Shown here piece after piece: positions 25,520 through 39,600 of a DNA stretch of 64,000 nt; the stretch's first letter is position 1; each line of letters begins with the position of its first letter. Origin of the DNA: Anaeramoeba ignava BMAN (taxonomy: Eukaryota > Protista > Anaeramoebae); the NCBI GenBank assembly GCA_028826165.1, contig JAPDFW010000059.1:682001-746000 (forward strand), written 5' to 3'. Under the pieces are notes generated by a model. The model was not told the DNA's origin and did not search any database. It saw only the letters and a program-made list of their open reading frames with translations. A program made the translations under genes and the position numbers.

Positions 25520-26602
25520 ATTTTGTTATAAATGTTGTTTTAAATGTTGTTATAAATGTTATTGTTTTAAATGTTATTGTTTTAAATGTTTTTGGAATTT
25601 GTTTTTATTATAAATGTTATTTTGTTTTAAATGTTTTTGTTTTAAATGTTTTTGTTATAAATGTTTTTGTTATAAATGTTGTTTTAAATGTTTTTGGAAT
25701 TTGTTATTTTTTTTGTTTTAAATGTTATTGTTTTAAATGTTTTTGGAATTTGTTTTAAATGTTTTTGTTATTGTTATAAATGTTATTTTGTTTTAAATGT
25801 TTTTGGAATTTGTTTTTATTATAAATGTTATTTTTATAAATGTTTTTGGAATTTGTTTTTTGTTTTTGTTATTGTTTTAAATGTTTTTGTTATAAATGTT
25901 TTTGTTATAAATGTTTTTGTTATAAATGTTTTTGTTTTTGTTTTTATTTTATAAATGTTTTTGGAATTTGTTTTAAATGTTTTTGTTATTGTTTTAAATG
26001 TTTTTGGAATTTGTTTTTGTTATAAATGTTTTTGTTTTAAATGTTTTTGTTTTAAATATTTGTTTTTGTTATTGTTATTGTTTTTTTAAATGTTATTTTG
26101 TTTTTGTTTTATAAATGTTATTTTTATAAATGTTTTTGGAATTTGTTGTTTTAAATGTTTTTGTTTTTGTTATTTTTGTTATAAATGTTATTTTGTTATA
26201 AATGTTTTTGTTATTGTTTTTGTTTTTATTTTGTTATAAATGTTTTTGGAATTTGTTTTTGTTATAAATGTTATTTTGTTTTAAATGTTTTTGTTTTAAA
26301 TGTTTTTGTTTTAAATGTTTTTGTTATAAATGTTTTTATTATAAATGTTATTTTTGTTATAAATGTTTTTGTTATAAATGTTTTTGTTTTAAATGTTTTT
26401 GTTTTTATTATAAATGTTATTGTTTTAAATGTTTTTGGAATTTGTTTTTTGTTTTTGTTATTGTTTTAAATGTTTTTGTTATAAATGTTTTTGGAATTTG
26501 TTTTTGTTATAAATGTTTTAAATATTTATTTTTGTTATTGTTTTTGTTTTAAATGTTTTTGTTATTGTTATTGTTTTTGTTTTTGTTATAAATGTTATTT
26601 TG
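25520..26602. repeat. Degenerate tandem repeat (AAATGTTTTTGTTAT-like)n, intergenic
   Basis: Directly visible; produces the spurious NVFV and KCFC ORFs. Confidence 0.88.
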
Positions 26603-27244
26603 TTATAAATGTTTTTGTTCATTTGAAAAAATACCTCGTTTTTCTTTATCTTTTTTCAAGAACTTCAAAGCAATAATCCAAAAAATCAAAGACAAAACAG
26701 CAGCACAAATAGCGAGACCAAAAGAATAAGAAAGGGACATAATTTTAGCGTCACTCAAAGTACCATTATTATAAAGGGGCCAAAAAGCATCAGGAGAATT
26801 AAAGAGCATATCATCAACATTAGGATTTTTAAAATAATAAAGAAGAATACCAAGAGTATAAATAACAGCAGGAACCCAACCCAAAAACTTCATAAAAGCC
26901 TTTATAAGGATGCACAAAATACTGAGAATTATGCCAATAGCAAATCCAATTGTAATGTAATAACCGTTTTTGTATAACTTGTCCCAATCGCCGGAAAACG
27001 TGCTTGTCACATTCGCATTGTCTTTCATGTCAGAAAGTTTATATGTTTCATCTTCGTTACTGTCATTTACTTTTCCGCTTGTTTTCATCTGAAATGACCC
27101 TAAATACACGTCAACGTCTGTTTTTTCTCCTATTAATGTTTCTGCTTTTGCTGTTCCAAATCGCCAGTTTAATAGAAAGATCGATAAGATTGCTGCTGCT
27201 ATTGGAAAAATGAAAAGTATGCAATTTTTTATTTTAACTCCCAT
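26603..27244 (-). CDS. Four-transmembrane protein, claudin/tetraspan-like topology, function unknown
   Basis: Single-exon 213-aa ORF with higher GC than its flanks. Four hydrophobic helices, a W after TM1, a large first loop and SLSYSFGLAI before TM4. Confidence 0.7.
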   Translation of the reverse strand: MGVKIKNCILFIFPIAAAILSIFLLNWRFGTAKAETLIGEKTDVDVYLGSFQMKTSGKVNDSNEDETYKLSDMKDNANVTSTFSGDWDKLYKNGYYITIGFAIGIILSILCILIKAFMKFLGWVPAVIYTLGILLYYFKNPNVDDMLFNSPDAFWPLYNNGTLSDAKIMSLSYSFGLAICAAVLSLIFWIIALKFLKKDKEKRGIFSNEQKHL

Positions 27245-27559
27245 TTAGAAATTGATCAAAAACAAACAAACAAAATGAAAAAAAATTTGAAAAGAAAAAA
27301 ATGATTTTCTATTTTTCATTTTTTTAATTTTTTATTTAATTTTTTATTTAATTTTTTATTTAATTTTTTATTTAATTTTTTATTTAATTGTGGTTAATTG
27401 TTTTTTTCTTTTTTAAATGGCAAACTTAATTAATTTTTTTCTTAATTAAATTAAATTTAAATTTGTTTTTTTTTAATCCGGTAATATTTAAGAAAAGATC
27501 AATTAAACAATTTGGATTAATCCTTTTTTTGGATTGATCTTAAAACGTGAATCAAAATT

Positions 27560-28590
27560 AAATATTAAATATTGAATTAAATATTGAATTAAATTGAATT
27601 GAATTGAATTGAATTGAATTAAATATTAAATATTAAATATTGAACTGAATTGAATTGAATTAAATTGAATTGAATTGAATTGAATATTAAATATTGAATT
27701 GAATTGAATATTAAATTAAATTGAATTGAATTAAATTGAATTGAATTGAATATTAAATATTAAATATTGAATTGAATTAAATTGAATATTGAATTGAATA
27801 TTGAATTGAATATTGAATATTAAATATTATATTGAATTAAATATTGAATTGAATTAAATATTAAATTGAATTGAATATTAAATATTAAATTGAATTGAAT
27901 TGAATTGAATTGAATTAAATATTAAATATTGAATATTGAATTGAATATTGAATATTGAATTGAATTGAATATTAAATATTGAATTGAATTGAATATTAAA
28001 TATTGAATATTGAATATTGAATATTATTAAATATTGAATTGAATTGAATTGAATTGAATTGAATTGAATTAAATATTAAATATTAAATATTGAATTGGAA
28101 TTAAATTAAATATTGAATTGAATTGGAATTGAATAATAAATATAAAATTGAATTGGAATTCGAATTGAATTGAATTGAATATTAAATATTGAATATTGAA
28201 TTGAATTGAATTGAATATTGAAATCAAAATATTAAATATTAAATATTGAATTGAATTGAATATTAAATTGAATTGGAAATTAAATATTAAATATTGAATA
28301 TTGAATTGAATTGAATTGAATTAAATATTGAATTGAATATTAAATATTGAATTGAATATTAAATATTGAATTAAATATTAAATATTGAATTGAATTGAAT
28401 ATTAAATATTGAATTGAATTGAATTGAATTGAATTAAATATTGAATTAAATATTAAATTGAATTGAATATTAAATATTAAATATTAAATATTAAATATTA
28501 AATATTGAATTGAATTGAATTGAATTGAATATTAAATATTAAATTGAATTGAATTGAATTGAATATTAAATATTGAACTGAATTAAATAT
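27560..28590. repeat. (AATTG)n/(AATATTA)n compound microsatellite, intergenic
   Basis: Directly visible. Confidence 0.9.
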
Positions 28591-28700
28591 CCAATTCAAA
28601 AATTCAAGAAATTTTTTTTATTAAAAGAAGCAAGAAAAAAAAAAAAAAAGAAGAAAAATTGGGGGCATAAACCCTTTTTTTTTTGGATTTTGGATTTTGT

Positions 28701-29128
28701 TCATTTTAAAGTAGAATTAGTTGAAATAACTTCAAAAAATTTGCTAATAACATCTTGTTCATTAACAACTTCTTGGCAAAATTTTTCAGTAATTTCTTCA
28801 ACCATTTGTTTTTTAGACATTTTATTATCAGCTTTAATTTTATAAAATTGTTTTAATTGATTTAAAGTTGAAACATCTAATTGAGAAAAATCAATAACAG
28901 TTTTGTGTGTAGAAGAATATTTTGAATTAGATTTTCTTGAACTTCTTCGTTTCTTTTTTTGTTGAAAATCTCTATTTTTTGAAAATAATAATAAATATAA
29001 TAAAAATAATAAGCGTTAATTTATTTTTAATTGAATTTATTAAAAAAAAAAGAAGAATAAATATTGAAGTTGTAAAAATAAAATAAAAAAAAAAGATCAA
29101 AGCGAAAATAAAACACAAACCTGCCCAT
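28701..29128 (-). CDS. SAP30-like Sin3-binding domain protein (exons 29128-29121, 28971-28701); missed by the ORF track
   Basis: ATGGGCAG|GTTTGT...AATAG|AGAT gives MGRDFQQKKKRRSS...IDFSQLDVSTLNQLKQFYKIKADNKMSKKQMVEEITEKFCQEVVNEQDVISKFFEVI, matching the SAP30 C-terminal three-helix pattern. Confidence 0.75.
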
Positions 29129-29432
29129 TTTTTTATATAAATATTAATAATAAATTTGTATTTTTTTTTATAAAGAAAATTGTGCAAAAAAAATGATTTT
29201 TTCAAATTGTTTTTGTTTTGAAAAAAAAAATAATCAAAAAATAAAAAATAAAAAAAAAATAAAAAAAAATAAAAAAAATTTTTTCAAATTAAAAAAAAAG
29301 GAAAAAGAAGAAAGAAAAGGCGAAAAAAAAGAAAAGAAGAAGAAAGAAAAATTTCCTTTTTTTGTTTTTGTTTTTGTTTTTGTTTTTGTTTTTGTTTTTT
29401 TTTTCATTTTTTTATTTTTTATTTTTTTTTTA

Positions 29433-30865
29433 ATGAATTTACTTGAAAAAGAAATTAATATTATTAAATATCCTAAACAAATAACTTTTCAACAAATTCA
29501 ATCAGGAAATCCAGAAGTATTTGTAGAAATATTAAGATATCTTGTAACAAAAGTATCAAGAACACTTCAAGAACTTTTAAAAAAAAAGAATTATAATTTT
29601 TCTCGAAATATAAATTCACAACAATTTATAACAGAAATTTTTCGTTTATCAGAAGAATTATTTGGAGAAAAATCACCTATAAATATTAAGCAATTCTTTT
29701 CACAAAATTTTCTTATTGAAAAAATTGAATTTACAGCTAAATTTATATCTTTATATCGACATAAACATAATGAATTTATTCAAGAAAAAAGAAAATTATT
29801 TGAATTAAAAAAAGATCAAAATTTAAATCAAAATTTTAATGAAACTTTAAATCAAAATTTTAATGAAACTTTTAATGAAAATTTAAATCAAAATTTAAAT
29901 CAAAATTTAAATCAAAATTTTAATGAAAATTTTAATGAAAATTTTAATCAAAATTTTAATCAAAATTTAAATCAAAATTTTAATGAAACTTTTAATGAAA
30001 CTTTTAATCAAAATGAAAAAAATATATTTCTTGCAAATTCACAAGAAAAATTCAGAAACTTTGATAATCAATTTAGAAATAATTTAAGAAATAATTTCAG
30101 AAATAATTTAAAAATGATTTAAAAAATAATTTCAAAGATGATTTAAAAAATGATTTAAAAAATGATTTAAAAAATGATTTAGAAAATGATGAACTTTATG
30201 AAACTTTTGAAAAAACAAAAGAAAAAAACAACTTAAATAATTTACAAAATATAAATGATATAAGTAATGTAAAATGGACAGAACCAGTTGTTACTCAAAT
30301 TTATGGAGATACAACTTCAAGTAGTAATTCTTCTCTTTCAAGATCTTCTAGTTTTGAAAAGCAAAATGATAATTCAAATTTTATAACTGAATTAAGTTAT
30401 CAAGAATCTCTTAATAAATTATCTGAAATGTTTCAAAAACAATTTGATCTTTTAAATCAAAAATTTGACTCTTCAGAACATCAAATTGAATCTTGTTTTA
30501 ATAAACTTAATTCTCGTGTTTCTGAAATTCATTCTGAACTTCAACATGTTAAAATTGATCTTTTATCAACTTTGAAATCAAATCGTTTTGGAAAAACAGA
30601 AGAACAACCAAATAAAAAATTAAATCAAAATCCAATTCAAAATCCAATTCAAAATCTAAATCAAAATTCAATTCAAAATTTAAATCAAAATCCAATTCAA
30701 AATTTAAATCAAAATCCAATTCAAAATTCAATTCAAAATCCAATTCAAAATCCAATTCAAAATTTAAATCAAAAAATTCCAACTCTTTCAAATAGACTTG
30801 AAAATCGTTTTAAATTTCAAAGAAAAGATTTTAATTTCAATCGTTTTCAAAATGAATTTAAATGA
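29433..30865 (+). CDS. CEP44: CEP44-like centrosomal protein; apparent frameshift near 30110
   Basis: IKYPKQITFQQIQSGNPEVFVEILRY...FITEIFRLSEELFGEKSPINIKQFFSQNFLIEKIEF...KHNEF parallels the CEP44 N-terminal domain, followed by N/Q repeats and a coiled coil. Confidence 0.72.
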
Positions 30866-30945
30866 AAAAAAGAAAATATTTGAAAAAAAAAAACATTTTG
30901 CAAATTAAAAAAAAATCAATAAATGAAACAAATAATTTGTTTGAA

Positions 30946-33900
30946 TTAATCAAAATTTTCCGATTCACTTGAATCAAAAATTTTAAGAACAGATTCTCCT
31001 TTTAAAATATTTGGAATTGAAATTTGTTCCCATCCTTGACAATTAATTGAGGAATAATCTATTTTGGGTTCTTTTGTAGGAACATTATCTTTTCGAGATT
31101 TAATTTGATTCATTCTATCTTGAGAAAAGTGTTGAATATTTTCAATTTGTTCTTTTGTGATTGGTTGATTATCCAGTCTAAATTAAAATTAAAATCTAAA
31201 ATTAAAATTAAAATTAAAATTAAAATTAAAATTAAAATTAAAATTAAAATTAAAATTAAAATTAAAATTAAAATTAAAATTAAAATTAAAATTAAAATTA
31301 AAATTAAAATTAAAATTAAAATTAAATTAAAATTAAAATTAAAATTAAAAATTAAAATTAAAATTAAAATTAAAATTAAAATTAAAATTAAAATTAAAAT
31401 TAAAATTAAAATTAAAATTAAAATTAAAATTAAAATTAAAATTAAAATTAAAAATAATTAAAATTAAAATTATATTTACTTGTCAGTTGTAAAATTTGAT
31501 AATATTTGTATAATTTCAGAAACAGTTAAAGATGGACAAACATTTTGACAACCTTCTGTAAATTTTGAAAGCATAAAATTTTTCATTAAAATCACATCAG
31601 AAGCTTGTTTAGTAAAAGGAAACAAACTAAAGAATTTTAATATTTTAATTTTAAATATTTTAATTTTAAATATTTTTAAATATTTTAATTAAATATTTTT
31701 AATTATTTTAATTTTTACTTAGTTGATTTAATATTCGGGAAAAAACTATAAATTAATGGTGTAATCTCATTAATAATAAACTTAAGATTCAAACTTGAAG
31801 AAAATGTACATAACTTTCTATCATTCAAAATCATATCCAAAATTGTAATATCAAGTTGAATAAAAATTTGCTTAAATAAATAAAGAACTAAATAATTGGG
31901 AATAAAATTAGCAGCAAAAACATCAACAAGGGACTTGAAAAAATTAACAAAGCTTAAATAGGAAGAATATGGATCAAGAATAGCAATTCTTTTTGAGGAA
32001 AAAATGGGACTTGATCTTCGAGTAAAAAATATATTTTTCAATCGCGATGAGATAATATTGAGGATTGAAGAAAAAATCTCGCGATACAGCCTTATAAACA
32101 AGCCCTGCAATTGGCTGCGAAATTTGAAAAGTATCTCTGAACGATTGACCTCAAAAACTAGTGGTTGATTTTCAAAATCACTCAAAACTTCATTGGAAAA
32201 ACTTGAATCATCATCAGAAGTGACGAAATCTTGGAAAGAATTATCAGGAAGAAAATCGCCGTTAAAATTAACATTTTGGAGGAATAAGGCCTGAAGAAAA
32301 ATAACGTTTGAAAGAAGCCAAGAAAGTTGGGGGATATTATTTTGGTTTTTTTTGATTAATAATTGGAAAGATTCTATAAAAGAATCAAGTAATTTTTCAT
32401 GGGGTTGATCTTCGAAAACATTGGATTGCATGAAAAACTTGAACATTAAACAAGATGAAACTGGTAAATTGTTTGCGAATTGGGGTTGAGCAATATGGTA
32501 CAGTTGTTCCATAAGCAATTTCTGGTCGCAAACAAGCTCCATTTCCAAGAAACGTTTGCTTTGTTCGAGTGTTTTTTTTGTTTTTTCTTCGAGTTGAATT
32601 GAATACTCGCTGATCTGTTGGTTTTGAATCTTTGCTTTCTCTTCCATTTCCATTATGATTTGCAAATGGGTTGCATTTTGCTCTTCCAATCTGCGCTGTC
32701 TGTCTTTTAAAGACTTGTTTTCTTGAGCAATTGTCCTCTGACTCTGGAACGCTTGATCAATATCTTGCTGTTTTTCGCGTTCTTTGGCTTCCATTGTTTC
32801 CGTTAGAATTCGTTGCTGTTCTTTTTTGTTCTCAATTTCGTTTGTGACTTGCTTTATTTGCTCAATTAGTTCCGTGTATTTTGCATCCAAATTTTTGTAT
32901 TGCTCCTTAAAATTTTCAACCATTTTTGTTTTTGTTTCCAATTTTGCATTTAATTCTTCATTTTCTTTTTGATATTTTTTCGTTTCTTCAGAAAATTCTC
33001 CCATTTTTTGCTTCTCATTTGATAACCGTTCAATTGTTTGTGTTTTCCGTTGGTTTTCTTGCTCCAAATTTTCTATTTGTTTTTCTTTTTCTTCCATTTT
33101 GATTTGTTGTGATTCAATACTTCGCGTTTTTTCTTGTGTTTCTTTGTCTTTTTTTTCTGCTTCTTCCGTCATTTTTAAAAGTTCTTTTTTCAAACTTTCA
33201 ATTTTCTTTTTTGTTTTTTCCAGAATCTCATTTGAATTCCGAAGTTTTTGGAGCAATTCATTTGCCTTTTTTTGTTCAACTCTAATTTGGACAAAATTTT
33301 CCTTTTCCTTTTTTTCAAGAATTTCCTTCTGTTTTTTCTGCTCTTCAATTTCCTTTTTTAACGATTTTATTTTCGTTTTTTTTTCCTTGATTTTTGAGTC
33401 CAATTTTTCTTTTTGATTTTTTAAACTTGAACTTTCACTTGTTAATCTATTAATTTCCTCTTGTTTTGTTTCGTTTTCTTTATTGAAATTTGTGAATTTG
33501 CTCGTTGTTTTTTCTCCATCAAGTCTTAATTGGTTGATTTCCTTTTCCTTTTCATTAATTTGCGATTCCAATTCGGAAATTTTTGCTTTGTTTTTTTCCA
33601 CATCCTTTTCTAAATTAAAAACTTGATTTTTTTCTTTTTCAAGTTTTTTTTGCATGTTTTGATTTTCTTGCGAAATTTCTTGTGATTTTTTATCACTTTT
33701 CCGCTTTTCTTCGTTGATTTCTTTGGTTTTTTCTTCTAATAAATTGGATTTTTTTATTGATTCGTTTAATTTTGTTTGAATTTCTTGAATTTCTTGTTCT
33801 TTCAATTGAATTTGACTTTGGAATTCCTTTATTTTTTCTTCATTTTCTTTTTGGATCGTTTTTGTTTCTTTTTTCTCTTCATCATCTTTTTTTTGCAACT

Positions 33901-36504
33901 TTTCTTTTAGTTCTTTAATTTCTTTTTGGAATTCTTCAATTTGTTTTTCGTTTGATTTAATTTTTTTTTTCAACTTTCCAATTTTGTTGCTTTTTTTGGA
34001 AATTTTATTCTGCAAATTTTGAATAAGTTTATTTTTTTCTTCAATTTCTGTTTTAAATTTTATTTCGTTTTGTTTTTGTAATTTTTCTTGGTTTTCGTTT
34101 TGCATTAATTTTTTGGAATCATTTTCAAGTTTTTGTTTTAATTGATTTAATTCTTTTTCTTGTTTTGAAAGTAAATATTGTGATTGAATTAATTGATTTT
34201 CTTTTTCTTTCAGTTTTTTTTCTAAATCTTCAATTTGATTTTCTTTTATTTTGAGTTTTTCTTCAATTTCAAATTGAGTATCCTAGTTTAATTTCAATTT
34301 TTAATTTTAATTTTAATAATTTTAATTTTAATAATTTTATTATTTTTATTATTACTTTCATTTCTGGAAGTGTATTTTCTTCTTTTTGGTTATCTCCAAG
34401 GAAATAGTCCATCTAAAAAAAAAGGAAAAAAAAATGAATTTTATTGAACATTTTTATAATCAATTATTTTTCCGATTTTTTTAATTTTAAAATTCATTTA
34501 TAAAATAAAATTAAAATTAAAATTAAAATTAAAATCAAATTAAATATTATAATTTAAATTATAATTAAAATTCATTTTAAAATCAAAATTAAAATTAAAT
34601 ATTAAATATTAAAATTATAATTAATATTAAATATAAAATCAAAATTAAAATTGAAATCAAAATTAAATATTAAAATTATAATTAAAAATTAAAAATACAA
34701 TGGAAGGTTTTTTTTGAAGAGGATGAAGTCTATTTGAAAAAGAATTTTCTTGAATTCTTTCGAGTTCATCATCATAAGCACTTGAATCAGAATCAGAATC
34801 ATGTTCAGAAGGAGATTTATTAAGAGAAGATAATTCAGATTTTTGAGATTGAGTTTGAACTTCAATTTCTTTTTCAGAAAAAAGACCAACAAGTTGTCTT
34901 TTCTCTTCATTTTCATTACTAAAACTTGTTAGAATTACTAATTTAACTTGTTGCGTTTTTCCTTTATATTTTATTGAAAGATCAAACTCGCGAAATTCGG
35001 GTTTTGTACTTGAAACATATTTAGAAATATCAATTGTTATCATTCCAACTTTTATTGCTTTTTTTTTCTTTTTTTTATCTTTTTCATTATCTTTATCTTT
35101 TTCACGCTATTTTGGAATTTATTAATTTAAATTTATTAATTCAAATTTATTAATTCAAATTTATTTATTCAAATTTATTAATTTAAATTTATTAATTTAA
35201 ATTTATTTATTAAAATTTATTCATTCAAATTTATTAATTTAAATTTATTAATTTAAATTTATTCATTCAAATTTATTAATTCAAATTTATTAATTTAAAT
35301 TTATTAATTTAAATTTATTCAAATTCATTTATTCAAATTTATTCATTCAAATTTATTTATTCAAATTTATTTATTCAAATTTATTTATTCAAATTTATTT
35401 ATTCAAATTTATTAATTCAAATTTATTTATGAATTCATTCAAATTTATTTATTTAAATTTATTAATTCAAATTTATTTATTCAAATTTATTTTTCAATAA
35501 AATTTTATAATTTGATTCAAATTTATTTTTATGAATAATTAAATTTTATAATTTGATTGTTAATTTTGAATCATCATTAAATCATAATTTGATTTTTCAA
35601 ATTGTCATTTAATTTTTTAATTATTTTTTTCAATTTTTTATAATTTGATTGTTAATTGATTTCTCAATTAAATTTTTCAATTAAATTTCAATTAAATCTT
35701 AAATTGATTGTTAATTGATTTCTTAATTAATTTTTCAATTAAATCTTAATTTGATTGTTAATTGATTTTTCAATTAATTGTTAATTAATTTTTCAATTAA
35801 ATCTTAATTTGATTGTTAATTGATTTTTCAATTAAATTTTTTCAATTAAATTTCAATTAAATTTCAATTAAATCTTAAATTGATTGTTAATTGATTGTTA
35901 ATTGATTTCTTAATTAATTTTTCAATTAAATCTTAATTTGATTGTTAATTGATTTTTCAATTAAATTTCAATTAATTTTTTTAATTTGATTTTTTAATTA
36001 AATCTTAATTTGATTGTTAATTGATTTTTCAATAAATTTTTCAATTAAATCTTCAATTAAATCTTAATTTGATTGTTAATTAATTTTTCAATAAATTTTT
36101 CAATAAATTGTTAATTGATTGTTAATTGATTTCTTAATTAATTTTTCAATTAAATTTTTCAATTAATTTTTCAATTAAATTTCAATTAAATTTCAATTAA
36201 ATTTTTTTAAATTTAATTTTTAATTAAATTGATTTTTAACGCTTACAAAAAAAACTGATAACTCAAAAGTTTTAGGATCAAGTGTTTGATTCTTTGGTGA
36301 TTCAAAAAATGTTACTAAAGTCGAAAATTGTTGATTCCATTTAACTTCAGAATTTTCTGATAATTTTTCTGTTGTTTGATTTTTTGATTTTTTTCTTTTC
36401 CAAGCAATAAAAACTAAAATATCTTCGTTATTAATTCCAAAAAGAGAAATAATAACAAATGAGAATATTTTCTTTATTTTATTTTTTCCTTGATGTGAAA
36501 GCAT
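30946..36504 (-). CDS. NT-C2 (EEIG1/EHBP1-type) + long coiled coil + DIL (dilute) domain protein, 6 exons
   Basis: N-terminus VFIAWKR...VKWNQQF...KTFELSV...VGMITIDISKY; more than 500 aa of coiled coil; C-terminus LSWLLSN, LFKQIFIQLD, LCTFSSSLNLK, FPFTKQASDVI and CPSLTVSEIIQILSNFTTD, resembling a myosin V/XI-type cargo domain. Confidence 0.8.
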
Positions 36505-36666
36505 TTTTTTTTAAATTAAATTAAATTTTTTTAAAAAGATGAAAAAAAAAAATGAAAAAAAAAATTGAAAAAAAAAAACGTTAAAAAAATTCTTAATCCA
36601 AATTTTTAATTCAAAATTCTTTTAAAAAAAAATTGATTAAAAAAAAAAATAATTCTTAGAAATGTT

Positions 36667-39600
36667 TTAATTCATATTCTTTAATTCTTCTATTCCAAAT
36701 TCTTCATTAATTCTTCTAAATAATAAAATTAATTCACCTCGAATATAAATATTTCTACTTGAAAATAATTGTAAAATTGAAGAATAAAATTCTTTAATAA
36801 TTTTAATAAAAGTTTCTGAACTAAATTCTTGAATAATTTTAATTGTATATAAAATTAAAGGATCCCAAACAACAACTTCATGTTGAGAAAGTCGAGAAAT
36901 CATTTCTTTTTCATTTTCAGTTAAAATTATTTGATCCAAATTAATCTCTTATTTATATTTTTGTAATTCATTTTTTCTTCAATTTTCTTTTCTTGATTTT
37001 TTTTGTGTTTAATTTGATCTATTTTTTGAAAATATAAATCTAAATCGCAAATTCTTTTATACTGTTTTTCCCAAATTTTCGAAAAATTTTTAAAAATTAT
37101 TGATTCTATTAAAGATTGGTCAAAATTCCCAATTGTTTTTTTCTTTAAATAAAAGGAGTTTAAAATATTCAAATAAGTTTGAATTGAAGTTATTTCTTGT
37201 TGATATAAATTTGGAAAATTATTGGATTGATTTTCTTGTTGGGTTTTGTTTATTATAATCCCAGATCTATAAAGTTCAATTCTAAATGGTATATTTTTAT
37301 TAAATGCTTTTGCAGATTTGTAAGATTCTTTGATTTTTTCTAAGAGTTTTATAATGTTTTGTGAGTTTAATTTATCAGCTCCTGAATAAATTAAATCGTT
37401 AGCTGCTTGAATTAGATTTAGTTGTGCAATAAATTTAATTTGAATACTGTATATTTTATTTTGATTTTTTAATTGATTTTTTAATTGATTTTTGATTTTG
37501 ATTTTCATTTTTTAATTCATTTTGATTTTGATTTTGATTTTGATTTTGATTTTGATTTTGATTTTCATTTTTTAATTGATTTTGAATTTTTTTGATTTTG
37601 ATTTTGAATTTTGATTTTTAATTGATTTTGATTTTGATTTTGATTTTGATTTTGATTTTCATTTTTTGATTGATTTTGATTTTGATTTTGATTTTGATTT
37701 TGATTTTGATTTTGATTTTGATTTTGATTTTGATTTTGATTTTCATTTTTTAATTGATTTTCATTTTGATTTTGATTTTGATTTTGATTTTGATTTTGAT
37801 TTTGATTTTGATTTTCATTTTCATTTTTTAATTGATTTTCATTTTTTAATTGATTTTCATTTTGATTTTGATTTTGATTTTGATTTTGATTTTTTAATTC
37901 ATTTTTAATTCATCTTTTAATTCATCTTTTAATTCATCTTTTAATTCATCTTTTAATTCATCTTTTAATTCATCTTTTTGCAATATTAAAATAACTTTTT
38001 CTATCACTTCATTAACTACTTCTTGTGAAATTCTTCTTGTTTCAGTAATATTCTCATTGTTGATATCCTCCAAATTATATTCATTTATCTCAAAACTCTT
38101 TTCTTTTTTAATTAAAACATTAGAAATAACTGAAGAAATTGTTTCTTTTGCAAAAAATTTAGTGAAAGATTGAATATTTTGAAAGTTTAATCGAGAACCT
38201 AAATCATGTTTTTTATTCCATTTTTTCAAATTAGAAATAGTAAAATCAGATACACGAAGAATTGTCAAATCCAATAATTCAATCAAAAATCTGCAAATCC
38301 AATTCATAATCCCGGTTGAAAAAGTGGAGCTTTTCTTTTTAATTAGATTAATTAAAGATGATACACTCGCAGTTACTAATCTTCCTTCTGTGTGCTTGAA
38401 TATCAAAGTTTTGATAAGTTCGAAATATTGAGTCAAAAGAAATGAAATACTTTCAAAAGAGCTTATAAACAATTCACCAACATTTTCAATCAATTTTATG
38501 CATGTGGTTTCAATCCAATCAATTCTTGATTTTGTTAGCATTTCAACAATATTTGATTCGTCATATTTAAAAAGAGGGAAAATTATTGATTGGAAAATTG
38601 TTTTCCATGTTTCAACTGAAAATAAAGTGGCATTCTTTCTTAAAATTTCAAAAAGTATTTGCTGTGTTTTGTTTCGGATCTGCATGTTTGTTGAAATATT
38701 AGTTATTATTTTGAACATTCCCTCAAGTAGAGTCAGCCATAATTGAGATGATCCATAATCAATATACTTGTTGTCATTTTCAGTGGAATTTTGATAAATC
38801 AAGATAAGACTTTCAGAAATTAATTGGAATAAGTTTATCGATTCTAATGCAACTTGAATATCGACCTGATTTTGTGAAAAGAAAGTTAGTGTGATAATCA
38901 AATCGGAAAAAAATTTCTCTCCAAGTAAAAGTTCTAGGTATTTCTGCGCAATCATCTTTAAAACTTCGGAAGCTATTTTAATCACAGATTCTGTATCGAG
39001 AGAAGCGGATTGCAAAACCATAAAAACAGCTTTCCATCCGCTTCGAATGTTTTGCGAACTTGCACCAATAATTTTCTCAATACTTTCAATTGCATAATTT
39101 CTCATTTCTTCACTTTCTTGATTGGAAACAATATAATTAAAGGGAAGCAACACTTCCTGTTGGAAATGATAGTTTGCCAATTCGTCTTTTTCTAAAAACT
39201 TTGTTGATAATTGTCTTAAGCTATTTATTGCAAGCATTGAAACTCTGATGTCTTCATGGCATCCAATTTCATTCAGATGCTTTGATATATGATTCCATAT
39301 CTTCTTCCAAGTGATTCGAATTCTGAACATGTTGTAATATCCCACATCCATTAGCTTTTGTAAAGAAAATAATCTTGGTTCAGGTTTTGATCCAATTTCA
39401 ATAGCACTTAATTTGCACAAATCCATTACAAAATGAATTATTGCTTCATCATTCAATTTTGGTGTGTTTGTAAATACTCTTTCCACTGATGAATGATCAA
39501 TTTGGGTAAAGAGATTTCGTGAATTGATTTCTTCAAGTAATTTTCTATTTATTCCTGCTGATTTTTGGATTGAAGAACTATTTCCAAATAATTTTAAAAG

